DNA of 60,000 bases from Malacoraja senta (GCA_038087875.1 CM075987.1:20276001-20336000); one strand, 5' to 3'. Positions 13,957-27,355 are shown, numbered from the stretch's first letter. The notes: a model not told the origin generated them from the letters alone. A program made the numbers and translations.

Positions 13957-14828
13957 ACCTGTTGGAATACTTTCTACATTGCATATGTAGCTGTTTGAGT
14001 ATTCAGTGATATGCTGAATAAAAAATATTAATGTATTAATTAAAGTTAATGTTACAAAATATTTATCATAATCTTATCCCTATGGCGTTGAGCAAAACGT
14101 TCGGATTAATGCGTATTTAATAATCTGTTAATTTAGCAGTGGAGAATACAACAGTGTAATGTGGTTCAATCTCTGATTGTAGAGGAGGTCATTGCTATTG
14201 GCAAAACCAACGGGGATGTCGGGCGGGGGGGGGGGGGGGGGGGGGTATTTTGCTGGAGAGGAGAAATCTCAAGCCTTTCGCATGCTTTTAAATATTGGCC
14301 AGTCAGAATTTGATCCAATATTGGGCAACTTAAGCGACCTGAAATGTAGATATTGAATTAAAACAACTGTTGTCAAGCTCTGCAAAAATCACGTAAATCC
14401 ATTCATAGCTTGATACAGCATTTGTTTTACTGTTGCCCCAATATTTCATTAAGCCAGCTAAACCTGATTGAATATAAACTAAATTTATCAACCCTCATAA
14501 ATTAACTCAGTTAACCCTTGTGGTATAACATATGGTCTGTAAGCAGCATCTAATTATCAGGATAGGTCCTTCTAATCTATCCACATTTGTTACTTGTGCA
14601 TATGACAATAAACTTTACTGTATTGAGCTGGTTGATCCAGTTATTCTTTAGCCAATTGGCATAATGTTATTGTGAAAGGGATGCGTTTGGACTCTTGGTG
14701 TGTGAGGGTGCTTGATCCTTTGAGGTCATCAATGTTTCTGCTTCATTTTCTGAAGATATATGTGTGGAACTGCACTACTTCTGACCTAATGAAGGGGAGT
14801 AATTGCAGAAGCAGCTGAAAATGCTTGG

Positions 14829-14949
14829 TGTTTAAGAAGGAACTGCAGATGCTGGAAAATCGAAGGTAGACAAAAATGCTGGAGAAATTCAGTGGGTGAG
14901 GCAGCATCTATGGAGCCAAGGAAATAGGCTAATAGGAAATAAGGAAATA
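14829..14949 (-). mobile_element. Penelope-type short repeat
   Basis: same family as 45130-45353; flanked by GAAAATG(C/A)TTGG; junction has GGAAATA stutter. Confidence 0.7.
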
Positions 14950-16164
14950 GAAAATGATTGGACTTGGTTTACTTCTCTGATGTCATTTGCAGAATGACAT
15001 TCCAGTGAAGGAGGCCTTTTGGCTGACGGCTCTTGTGCCTGTTCTGAGCTGCCAGTTTAGTCCCATATCCCAGCCTTTTCTTCATATTCCTCTAAATAGA
15101 TGTTGAATTGCTTTTCGAGGTTTCTATCGGTCTGATTTTTGTTTAGTCCATGCACTCCACATTTTAACATCTATGCATATAAAAAACGTTCTCAGCAATT
15201 GCCCTCTAGTTCTTTGCTGATATTTTAAATCTTTGACCTTGTTGACCAGATGAAATGTTTTTGTTTCCCACTAATTAAATAAAACACTCAAAATTGGATG
15301 GTCTTGATTAGCACTCTATTACACCCATTACTCCTATTGCTGCACCAGTGCAACATTTTGAGGGTTGCAGCACTCTTAAGCATGTGACATTAAATCAAAC
15401 CACCTTCTAGTCTGGTGCCACTGATCCTTTTGTGCCTCTTAAGTGCAGGGGGAATCTTCACAATTGCAATTTAAATTAGCAAAACTGAAAGTAGCTGATC
15501 ATTATCATATTGGCTACCATGCTTCCTAAACCATACTTCCAAACGTATTTAGTCAGCTGCAAAGTGTGTTGACATCCTAAGGCTGTGAATAGTTATGAAT
15601 GCAAATTCTTTCTTCCCAGTCTGATAATCTGCATGGAAATCAGTGGGAACTTGCATTATGCTGCTTTGACCTTTCCAAACTGGAATATTCCAGTTCATTA
15701 TCTTGACCTTGTTCTTTAGGATGGGAGAAAAGTATTTATTTGGCATCGACCCCTAGTGTCTTGTGCAAACTATTGAATATGAAGTTGGCTTGGAGCAAAT
15801 ACCTTTTCGTCTTTACTTGCTAAGCATCCAAGATTGACATGTGTTTGTGTTAATAGCAGAGGAGGTGTTGATGAGCAGGATTCACTCATTTCTTGATGGT
15901 AATATTTACCATGTTTCAAGTAGCCATATCGTTTATCTGTGTTCTACTACCATAAATGTTGAAAGAGATTTTAAGCTTAAGTACTTAACAGTGGAACTGC
16001 AGTTTTTTAAAATAAATGTTAAAGCTATGCTGGGTATCCTATCAACTTTTCAGTTCCTGTATATTTTAGTATTGTTTCAGACTTGCTTGATGCCACATTC
16101 AATCCTATGTTGTTTTAATGACAAGAGAGGTCACTGTCACTTTGCATCTTGGACTGCATTAAGG

Positions 16165-17200
16165 ATAGGTGATCAAACGTACACCATGATAATTCTCAAC
16201 ACTGATGCCCAGCTAGGGTGTGTGCTCATTCCCTTGCCATACTCCCCATATACTTGCGATGTGTGGCGAAATTCTGGTCTAACTGCATTACAAGTTTGCA
16301 GTTGACACCACAGAAGTGGGCTGGATCTCAAACAGTGACAAAACTACATGAAGGAGATAGAGAGCTAGATGACATGGTGTCAAAACATCCAATGTCAGCA
16401 AAACAAAGGAGATGGTTATTGACCTCAGGAAGTGAGATGGAGTATTTCCCTCCAGTTCATTGCAATGGTGCTGTAATTGAGATGGTCGAAAGCTTCAAAT
16501 ACGCAAGTATAAATATCAACACCAATTTGTCCTGGTCCAACCACATTGACGTAATGGCAAAGAAAGCACATCAAATGCTCTCCTTCCTTAGAAGGCGAAG
16601 GAAATTCAGCATCCAACTACTCTTAGCAATTTCTACCAGATATACCATAGAAATCCAGATGCATCGCAACATGGTATGGCAACTGTTCCGCCCAATACTG
16701 CAACAAATTACAGAGCGTTATGAACATTTCCCAGTATATGGTGCAAACCAGGCTCCCCCCCCCCCCCCCCCCCCCGGGCCCTCATCCTCATACATTTCAC
16801 TTCGTACTGCCTTGGGAAAGCAGTGCATTCAAGGGTCACTCACTTGCAGTGCATTCAAGGGTCAAGAGAGGATATTTTCTCTTCAATCTCCTGTGTACAA
16901 AAGATGCAAAATCTTGAAGGTGGGTACCACCAGATCCTAGGATGGGTACATGGACACGTACATGGATAGGAAAAGTTTAGAGGGGCCAAATGCGGGCAGG
17001 TGGGACTAGTGCAGATGGGGCATCTTGCTTGGCAAGTTGGGCCAAAGGACCTATTTTCATGCTGTATGACTAGAACAGCTTCTTCCCCACTATGATCGGA
17101 CTCTCGTTTGCTAAGGATGTATTCCCAGTCTCCCAATGTACCTCGTTGTGGCCTTTGCACTTTTATTTTAAGCAGTGCTTTCTCTGTAGTTGTAATTCTG
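16165..17200 (+). mobile_element. old Rex1/L2-like LINE remnant with a HER1/CR1 3'-tail insertion (~16940-17070)
   Basis: EMVESFKY, NLSWSNHID, AKKAHQ motifs; frameshifted. Confidence 0.7.
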
Positions 17201-18214
17201 GGTGTCTCATTCAAATTTTTAGCTGCCCCAGTAATTTTGAAAACTTGGCTTGATCATTATTTCCAAAATGTTCTGTTCGATTCATAAAGTTAGAAGCTCT
17301 GTAACAAAAAAAATGCTTGCAATTATAATTGTGCTTGGATAATTACCTGCTGAAATAACATTTACTTTTGGGAGAAATCTGATTTTCCGAAAGTCACATT
17401 CAGAAAGTAATGCATGACCTAACATTCCTCTTTGCGTAAATGGATGAGATTTAGCTGTGACTATTTCCAAAAGACTGATTCCATCTGAACATTAGCACCC
17501 AACCAATGGTTCCAGGTCAAAAGCAAATTATGATTGTTCTTTTAACCCTTTTAAGAATTGATATATACTTTGAATTGATATATACTTTTAATGATTGGGA
17601 TTTCGGTCTCATATTTTGTATGAGATTTTTGTTCCTATTTTTGAAAATTACATTTTCATATTTTCAACTATATTGAAAAAATCGACAACTGTATTTCTGT
17701 AGGATTGCTTTCAAAAGGTTATTGCGACAAGATGAAAATAAAATTCGCCTGCATCATACTGTGATACCCTACTGATAATGGTCGTTAATACAACAATAAT
17801 GATCTGTTATCAAATTGTTTAATGTTGATTTGGAAACAATGGAAAGTAGGTGTAGCTGAAAAATATGAAGGGCAAAGTTACTTTGTTAGTATAATAATCA
17901 TGAGTAAAATCAATATTGTCAAGTACACCACTTCAATCTTGCAGGCTAGCTATTTGATCTGCAGGAATACGTTTGAAATCTTGCCCTTTCTCCAAGAAAA
18001 AAAACCATTATGCGTGAAAGCCATGTCTTTTTTATCATCTTATCTGGCAAAAAAAACTGCAAAGGATCCCTTTTCATCCAGCCATCATCAAATAATATAT
18101 CTCGTCCAAATACTCAGTGAAGTATTCCACCACTTACCAACACTGACTTCTACATATGGAAAATATCTTATGTTCTCTGCCTTCCCTGTGCTATGATTCA
18201 ATTTTATCTAGAGT

Positions 18215-18479
18215 AAGTCGCAACCAACAGCTAACAATGGCCTGTTTCCTTTATCATCGTTACTTTTTTGCATATCTTTCATTCATTATTCTATATATCT
18301 CTACATCATCGTCTATATCTCTTGTTTCCCTTTTCCGTGACTTTCAGTCTGAAGAAGGGTCTCGACCCGAAAGTCACCCATTTCTTCTCTCCAGAGATGC
18401 TGTCTGTCCCGCTGAGTTACTCCAGTTTTTGGTATCAATCTTCGGTTTAAACCAGCATCTGCAGTTTCTTCCGACACAT
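18215..18479 (+). mobile_element. longer Penelope-type repeat copy
   Basis: contains the CTGAAGAAGGGTCTCGACCCGAAA core at 18349; similar sequence occurs in reverse at 24358-24556. Confidence 0.75.
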
Positions 18480-19929
18480 AGTACCCGTTAATTGGTTTGT
18501 ATAACTGACTGCTTATCATTGACTATCATTGTAAATTTTGGCTGAAGAGGCTTTCCAATGGCTGACATGATCTCCAGCGTACTAACGTGAAGCTACCGGA
18601 GAGCTTGTAGTACAGTGCTGTCAAGAAAAAACACTATGGAAGGGTATGATGAGGAATCATTTTAATCAATTCGTTTTGGTATCTGTTTCATTGGGTGTTT
18701 GGAATTGGGCTTTGGGAGACATAGCTGCAGTATTAATAGCACCAGATCCACGTGGAAACAACATGTACAGCTGGCCTGGAATCAATAAACATTCATCTTT
18801 AGGACTTGGAAGTGTGGAGAAAGAGCCTCTTCGCCCATTGAGGACAAATTTCCAGCATTTCTGCCTGAAGTAATATTGTCATTAGTAGTTGAGATTTGCA
18901 CCTTATTTTGCTGTTGTGTTTCTTTTTTCCATACCTCGAAGACAGCTTATTGTTTGCAGCCATGGAGCTGTCAACTTGGCTATGATTTCCAAGCCTGGTA
19001 CAGATGATCTACTCTGCATGACAGCTCCATGAAAAATGTAGACTGTTGCACTAGCAATTATATTAGACCTTTTTCAAGCTCACCACAGCCTTTGACTTTA
19101 CCATTTGTCAGGTACAGTGGAAAACCCTCCCCGTTTTCAGCTATCCACAGAAATTTATCGCCATCTTATGCTTAGTCTGCAATTGTACACAAGCTGTGAC
19201 ATTAACTAATGGTCTACAAAGTCCTAGTGGACTGATTAACAAGGAGATAGACCAGATATGGAGAAGGATATATTTCTGATTTGCCCAAAACATTTACCCT
19301 AGCTGATTCCGGTAACGCAATAGAATTTCATGACATTTACAACTTCCAAGGTGATCTAGCCTCTTTAAAAATAGCATAACCTATTTATCTTTTATAGATT
19401 TTTTTAAATCTGACCTTTATAAAGTACAAAGTCAATCAGATGTCTGTCTATTAAATACATTTTGGCTGCTTTCCATTCTTGATTTCCACCTCTGCAATGA
19501 TATTATATTGCTCAAGGTCTTATAACCTTGAGCAAAGTAGTTTATTTTTGGAGTTTAATTCAGTCACTTAAAAACGTTAGTGTACCATAAGTGAGTTAGA
19601 ACAAGAAATGGTTTGATGTCAGAATTTCCCTGGACGATTCATTGAATAAATACTGGTTTAAAATTATTCTTGTATGAAGCAAGTAATAAAATAAATTTAG
19701 AACTCCAAACTGTAGGTACCATAACTATTCCACTGTACAAAGAGAATCTGTGTTCCGATTTCTTAGTTGAAAGGCATGGATTTCTTTACCTCATCTGTTG
19801 CTCTGTATAAATATTGGCTAGATTAGTTTAGCTTAGTTTATTTGTTTATGTTTTATCACCTATAGAGATATAGTGAAATGCTTGTTCTCCATGCTATCCA
19901 ATCGAATCATACTAACATGAGTACAATAG

Positions 19930-20632
19930 ATTCTCTCCCAGAACAGCATGCAGAATATTGCTACATTCCGGTGCCATCGTGCAACTTGTAAGTCTGTTTA
20001 AAAATCCAATCTTGGCTCAAGAAGGTGTGCAATATCGCATTTTCTCACTTTACAGGCCATGTCCAGGCGGCACTGGATCAATAAAATAGGGGTCGGCCTG
20101 GCCAGCGTGATGTGCAACATCTGTGTAGGGTGCTCTCATTACTCATTCATCCTGCAGTAGTGGGATCGCCCAAGACTGCCTCTGCCAATACCATGACCTG
20201 TGACCACTGCAAAATGCATCATCCAACCACTCCAGCATATTTGGAAGTTGCAAGATATCACTGGTATGCCCTGAACGCTGTCCTGAAGAGGATCACCTGT
20301 GGCATCCTCCTTGAGCTGATCATGGAACTTTAGTTTTTTTTCCAAAGGTGTGGGTGTTGAGTTTACATTCCAACGATTCACTGAATCAGTTTGGTTCATA
20401 GCATGCAAATGTAAGTTATTGTATGATTTGAATATCGGTATTAAATGGCGTGCAGCTGACGTGTTTATTTAATAAATTTAAAAAAGAATTGTTTTTTTGT
20501 AATGGGAAATGTTGGTAGTGTATGGAGTAACATTTTTTTTGTAATGGGCTGGAGTTTGGAATCCTAAAGCCAATGAATTGCACGATGGCACCGGAATGTA
20601 GCGATACTCTGCATGCTGTTCTGGGAGAGAAT
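19930..20632. mobile_element. unclassified TIR element (~55-bp TIRs)
   Basis: ATTCTCTCCCAGAACAGCATGCAGAATATTGCTACATTCCGGTGCCATCGTGCAA at 19930-19984 is nearly the perfect reverse complement of 20578-20632. Confidence 0.85.
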
Positions 20633-20780
20633 TTTATTATAGTGTCTTTCTATAGTTTCCAGCAAACTGTTCCAACATCAGCAAACATTAGTGCCATGAC
20701 CTATAAGGAGGTGTTAAGCAGATCACCAATAGTTTATTGGTGAATTTTTTTTATGGATTCGAAAAAATATCTTAATGGAT

Positions 20781-20924
20781 CTTCCTCTTCTTCTTGCGTA
20801 TGGCGTGCACAGCCTAAAGTTGTAGGACAACTTGTTCTATTTGATCTTATTTGACTGTGCATGCCAGGTTGATTGCATTTGTCGAAAAAGGGCGGACCAT
20901 GTAAAGGTTGCAATCTTCCACTCC
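20781..20924 (-). mobile_element. short non-autonomous retroposon with GAA tail (RTE-like) and 5' HDV-like ribozyme fold
   Basis: perfect 12-bp TSD ATCTTAATGGAT at 20769-20780 and 20925-20936; minus-strand 3' end CAAGAAGAAGAGGAAG. Confidence 0.85.
20871..20924 (-). ncRNA. HDV/CPEB3-like ribozyme fold (probably a decayed copy)
   Basis: GGAGUGG(P1) AA GAUUGCA(P2) ACC(P3) UUUACAU(L3) GGU(P3') CCGCCCU(P1') UUUUCGA C AAA UGCAAUC(P2'). Confidence 0.75.
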
Positions 20925-21159
20925 ATCTTAATGGATGAAACATGCCTTCAGAGGCAGAGAGATATGGGAGGGAGTTTTGGAGCACGGGTTTATGGTAGCC
21001 CAAGCTATGGCCACAAAGTTTTAAAAAGAAAAAATAAATGAAGGGAGAGAAAAAACTCTGAAGGGAAGACTTTTGATATTGAATGAGATTATGGGCATAG
21101 TTAGAAGCTGTACAAACAGGGACATGCTGCTTGAATGGGTGGTGGAGGCAGAGATCACC

Positions 21160-21945
21160 AGCTGCAGGAGTTCCTCTGGGCAGGATCCTAGGTTCAACCA
21201 TCTTCAGCTGCTTCATCAAGGACCTTCCTTCAATTATGAGGTCAGAAGTAGGCATGTCTGTTGTAATGGTTTTTTGTCAGATATTACCCCCTGACATTCA
21301 GAGGCATGACCATCACTGGCTCCAACCCCCCCCCCCCCCCCCCCCCCCGACCACACTATCAATATCCTGGGAGCAATAACAAAAACTGAATTGGAGTAAC
21401 TATATGAACAATGTAACTACAAGAACAGATCAAAGGCTAGGAATTCTGCAGTGAGTAACTCTCTTCCTCTTCCCAAAGCTTGTCCACAATCTACAAGGCT
21501 TAAGTTAGGAGTGTGATGGAATAATCTCCACTTGGCTGGATGCTTGCAACTTCTACAATGCTCGACACAATACCGGGCATAGTAACCGGCTTAATAGGCA
21601 CACCCCATCCACAACCATCCACTCACTCCACCACTGACACATTGAAGTAGTTTGTACCATCTGCAGAATGCATTGCAGAACTTACCAAGCTTATTTAGAC
21701 GGTATCTTTCAAACCCTGAACACTACCAGCTGGAAGGACAAGGGCAGCAAAGCATAGGAACACCGCCACCTGTAAGTCACCCTCCAAGCCACGCACCATC
21801 AAGAGTTAGAAATATATTGTCGTTCTTAACCGTCGTTGGGTCAAAATCCTAGAATTCTCTCCTGAACAGTTTAGTGGGTATACTCGCGCCTCAAGGACTG
21901 CAGAGGTTCAAGAAAGCAGCTCACCAGCACGTGTTCAAGGGCAGT
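21160..21945 (+). mobile_element. old CR1/L2-group LINE remnant
   Basis: GVPLGRILGSTIFSCFIKDLP, a degenerate RT GVPQGSVLGP motif. Confidence 0.7.
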
Positions 21946-23869
21946 CTCCAAAGCCCACATCCCTTTAAGAACCATTAAAAGAGTGCTTGAATCTCCCTTG
22001 GCTTGGAAGGCTACCTACCTAGTTGTTGGTAAATAGTAGTACAGATGGGTGCTTGATGGTTGGTGTGGGCATGGTGGGCTGAAAGAGATGTGTCTCTGCT
22101 GTATGACTCAGAGAAGCAGGTCACTGATTTGAAAAGCAAGATTAAAGTATTTAAAATTAAGTTGGGAATGATAATTGTATATTTTTCCTTGGTACTTTCC
22201 TGTAGAAAGAAAGGGAGCGGATGAATACCTCTACGGTATTTAGTACTGTATACTGTGTTTTCCTATGGTAAAGGGGGATCGAGGCCTTGTGATAAATTTA
22301 CAAAGTTGTAGCACCTGGGTTTAGTCTTCATTTATATTATGCATTTGGTTCATATTTTTAGTTTTTCTTTCTACCCATTTGAGTCATGTATAATAGAAAT
22401 GATCTATGTAAACTTGGCAGGTTGAAGGTGCAAGTGTGTTATTACAAGATGCTGGTGGGAGGTGTAATTACAATGTGACAAAATTACATACGCAGTTTCC
22501 ATTATAAATGTGCATTCAGGAATATGTAATGGAGGAAGTTGCCAGGAAATGGTTATTGCTGGAAGATTTTTTTCGCATCTTTTAAATTATTTTACTTGCT
22601 TCTCTTTCCAGAACTAACAGCAATTTTTGGCCCCCTTTAGAAATAATTTTTTGAATCCTGCGAATGCTCTCATTGTAGATTTTGGTAAAACCTTTGGCTT
22701 CTGATGCGGGAAGAAATCTTTGTAACCTTTCTCTAACACTTCATTGTCCTTGTTCATACAAGCCTCTTGCACACAAGCCCCATGATTTAACACTTGCCAT
22801 GTATTTGATTATATAAGGGAAAATGTCAGTTCCTGGCCTCGGACAAGCTGAGAATTTTGTCTTCTATCCCAGGACGCTGGAGTTTGCAATATTCGTACTG
22901 CTAGTTCAGCTGACTAGAGAATTAGATTCTTCTTTTCACAATATCATAATACATTAATATGTGGAGGATTTTTCCCCTGGATAGAGAAGCTCGAACCAGG
23001 GCTCCGTTTCAGAATAAGGAATACGTCATTTACCACTGAAATTATGAGAAATTTCTTTAGTTATAGGTGGTGAATACAAATATATGAAATGGGAAAGGGG
23101 GTTGGCATTTCAGTCCCTCGAGCCTCATGGATGATCTGATTGTAATCTCAACCCCTCATTCCCGTGCTAAACTTTTGTCCCATTGATTCTTCCTCTGCCT
23201 TTGAAATTTGCAAAAACTACTTCCACTGCCCTTTGACAAAAGGCACTTCGAAGATATATAGGCCACATTACCACCATTTGGTTAACGGAAATTCACTTGC
23301 ACCAGATTTGCAAATCGCCACCCAAAAATTTGAAATGCGGAATAAAATTTGTACTCACTGAATTATAAATATATAAACACTTTTATTTTCAACTCTTGTT
23401 TGTTGACACTAGTGCAGATAACGCAGTTTCACATTATGGAAAATAATGAAGGGTCAGTTTTGAAGAAAACTGACCCTTCCCTTCCCATAATATGAGGGTC
23501 ACTTGTCCAGCCCTAACGAGAAATTTCGCCTCCTGTGTTTCTAAATGTATGGCCACCTATTTTTAATCGAATCCCTGGTCAAGGCCCCTCACTCTGCCTG
23601 ACCCGCTGAGTTCCTCCCACTTTTTTTTGTTCAAGGTTCCAGCATCTACAGTTTCTTGTGCATTTCAATCAAGTCCCCACTCTTTCTTGTACCAGAGAAA
23701 AACCAAGCCTATCTTGCCTTTCCCCATGTCAGCCCACCTATTCCAGATATTCTCCTACTTCCAACACATGAAATCCTGAAATAAGCAAAACAATGCAGTG
23801 TCAATTGTCAGTGGTAGGACAATTATTGGGGGGGGGGGGGGGGATATGATTAATTAATCAGATTATCTA

Positions 23870-24355
23870 CAGAGTTTTGATTGGGGAAGATCCAGTTTGA
23901 CCAATTTAGTTACATTTTCTGAAGATGTAACAAAATGTGTTTGAGGGCAGTGTGATTGATGTGGGCTACGTAGACTTAAGGTGTTTGACAAAGTCCCACA
24001 TGGGAGACGGGTCCAAGAGGTCAGTGAGTCCATGTGATCCAGAACAAGTTGGCAAATTAGGTCCAAAATTGCCTTGGGAACATTGGTATTGTTGATAGTG
24101 AGGAGATGGTTATAAGCTACAGGATGTTGTTAATCAGTGGTGGGCAGAGCAATCGCATGTGGCATTTAACCAGAAAAGTGTAAATTAATGCATTTAGGAA
24201 GGACTACGAAGGTCAGGAAATGATAGGCTCCTAGGGAATATTGTGGCACTGAGAAACCTCAATGTACAAATACAAGATTTCTGACGAGCCCAGATAAAAG
24301 TTTTGGGCGTTGAAGACATTAAGAATCTAGGACTTCATTAGCCAGGGTTTATAAT
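23870..24355 (+). mobile_element. degenerate CR1 fragment
   Basis: nucleotide similarity to the LTNL..FFE.VT / FDKVPH region of the 1315-4137 copy. Confidence 0.65.
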
Positions 24356-24357
24356 GT

Positions 24358-24556
24358 TAGAAAAGAGACACAACATGCTGGAGTATTTCTCAGCAGGCAG
24401 CATCTCTGGAGAGAAGGAATGGGTGATGTTTCGGGTCGAAACCCTTCTTCAGACGAGAGTCAGGGGAAATAGAAATGAGAGATATAGACAGAGATATAGA
24501 ACAAAGAAATGAAAGAAATGCAAAAAAAGTAACGATCAAGGAAACAGTCCATTGTT
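24358..24556 (-). mobile_element. Penelope-type repeat
   Basis: reverse strand CTGAAGAAGGGTTTCGACCCGAAACATC. Confidence 0.75.
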
Positions 24557-26892
24557 ATACTGGAACTAAGGGTTACACGGCAGGACAGGAAAGTAGTGTC
24601 AAGATAGAGTATGGGCCATTAAATTGTTGAATTGTGGAGCAGGTTTGAGAGGCTGAGTGGCCGCCTACTGCTCCCATTTCTTGTGTGCTTTACAAGCTGG
24701 CTAAGCATTTGTAATACATTTCAATTAAACCTCTGCAGTTCTTGTGCAAATAGCAAGCCTAAGTTATTTAAACGTTAATATCTATTGCACATAACAGCCT
24801 TGTCAATGGTTGTGTACTTAATCTCAAAAAGAGTTAATAACAAATTTAACTTTAAAGGCTGAAGTAACTCGTTTTATTGTTGAATCGAAGTTGAGGCAGG
24901 GAAAGTTAAGAATTTGCTCTGAATTAATCTCCATTGACCATAAATCTGAATGTTAAAATGATACAAAATTCCTTCCATGTCACTGTGGACGTGGCAGATA
25001 TAGAAGGCATGCATGATGTAAATGTTGACACTGCATTCATGGAACAAAATTTTGAAGCCAAACTTTTTTTTTTGTTCCTCTTGATTCCCAGTGGCTTTGT
25101 TTCAAAAGTATAAACAGGGAATGGGGGAGGGATCTTGAATTATCCCAGCATTAGAAAACCTTGTAAATGGAACTTTAGTTCTAGCCTCTGACTTTTATCA
25201 ATCCTGTTTACATGCCAAACTATTCATGAGACCACTGGGAACATGATGCAGATTTATTTTGTTTAAAGCGCACCAGTAAAGATTTGATTGTACAAATGTT
25301 ACATTTTGTGAATAGTTTTGGGCTGTTTTTATCCTATTACCAGAGCGATAGTCCTTCCATTGTAAGTGTATATGGGTGTGAGTTATCTCTCAAGATCGAT
25401 GAAAATAATTGTTGTATAACTTACAGTAAAGCTCAAACAATTGGCCTGCTCATATTTTTCTGGACTGAGATGGTTTATCTATTAATATCCTAGTGCACTT
25501 TAAATCGGTGTTTTATATGTTCCATAGTATTATTATTTTTGAAATGCAGTGTGAAAATCGGGTTCCCAGTGAATAGAAAGGAAGCACAGGAAACATCGCT
25601 CAAAGTCACATTATGGATCATTGGGATTTCTGAATAGTGGACGTTTTATTGTATTTGTAGTTGGTGATGTGACTTTGATCAGGACTCAATGCTAAGGATT
25701 CAGTATTGGTGCACGGTTTACAAAATTGTTCAGTATTAATTCCACTCAGATTTTTAAAATATTTAAAGTTCTGGGAATGGTATATTTTTCCTTTCTTCCT
25801 GCCAAAACACTGCAGTTGAAATTTAACATTGACCACTTTGTGTCTATTTTTAAAGAGGTTAAAGTTGTTATTTTGTGGAGCTTAAAGAAACACCAATTTT
25901 TTACTTGCCACTGATCGGGTTACCACCACTGTGCTGGGTCCATCCGTGATCTCGCCCCTTTCAATCAAAATTACTTTTATATTCATCACAGATAAACATT
26001 GTATTGCCTGACAGACCAAATGTGCTAGCTGATTGTTGTGTGCAGTTCACCGCCTCAAGTTTGAATTTCGTTTTATTCTCTAGCCTGTTCTCACATGTGA
26101 CCCAATCATCCCAGTTTTACATTGTTTCATACTAAACACGTATGCCACTCTGAAGGAAAGGTAGTATAAAACATCATCCTGTCAAATGCACAGGGTAAGA
26201 ATGTTGTATTAAAATTGTTGCCAATTAGTCATTGCAGCAAAATATGAATTTCAAACTGTATTATGCTGGTCCTGGAAGACTGATGCTGAGAAATAGAATT
26301 TATCATTTTTCATTTTGTTTTTGCATTTTGCTATCACAGAAAAAATATGAAATATAGCACACACCTCATACTCCCTGTTTCTTTATTTCTTTGTCTGTCA
26401 GTCTGTGTTTCCAGAAGAAAGGTACAATATTTTTTGACCAAGCAAAACCCAAAGTTGGGTTATGTACTGGACCTTTTCTGTGTCCACTGAATGTTTTATT
26501 GATGTTTTTTGAGCAGTTGGCTTTATCTGGCTAAATCTTAATTGCAATTCACTTGATGGAAAATCTATTAAATTGTAACCTCTGTAGGACTGCACCTTTC
26601 ACAACTGTGGCCCTAACTGCCATAGGCCATATAAAAGAAAAAATCTTGCATTGTTACATGTCTATCGGAGTTTGGAAGCTCTCCCACCCTTACTACCTGC
26701 AATTTCCTGCACATATTTGCCGATACGGGTATGTTGGTGCTATTAAACAGGAATATAGAGGTGAACACAACACATACACTGTCTTGATTGGAAGACATGT
26801 GCACTGGTGGTTATGCCAAAGAACAACTGGTCAAGAGAGGATGGGAAGGATGACACACCCAGGGGAAAAAACGAATTTTAAGTTATGCTTGA

Positions 26893-27099
<207 letters not shown>

Positions 27100-27355
27100 T
27101 AATTTCTAAGTGAATGTTTACACTGAGGTAAAATACATTTCCCTTTCTGGTGAACTTTATTTTTGTGTGAAAAGTGATTGTTTCCACATGATCCGCATTG
27201 ATTACAGAAAGTATAGACCAGGGTCTTCGCAAAAGTGTATGATAACCAAATTAAAGTAATGGAGAAACAAATAACTGTATATGTTGCCTTACCAAACAAG
27301 GCACGGTGCAGGAGTAACTCAGTGGGTCAGGCAGCATCTCAGGAAAACAGAGATA

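Noticed and set aside
17555..17589. GAATTGATATATACTTT tandem pair
   Set aside because: An ordinary short slippage duplication.
508..23843. long poly-C/poly-G runs (~509, 14225, 16754, 21326, 23827) as functional G-quadruplexes
   Set aside because: Simple homopolymers, several inside repeats and with assembly-sensitive lengths; no evidence of function.
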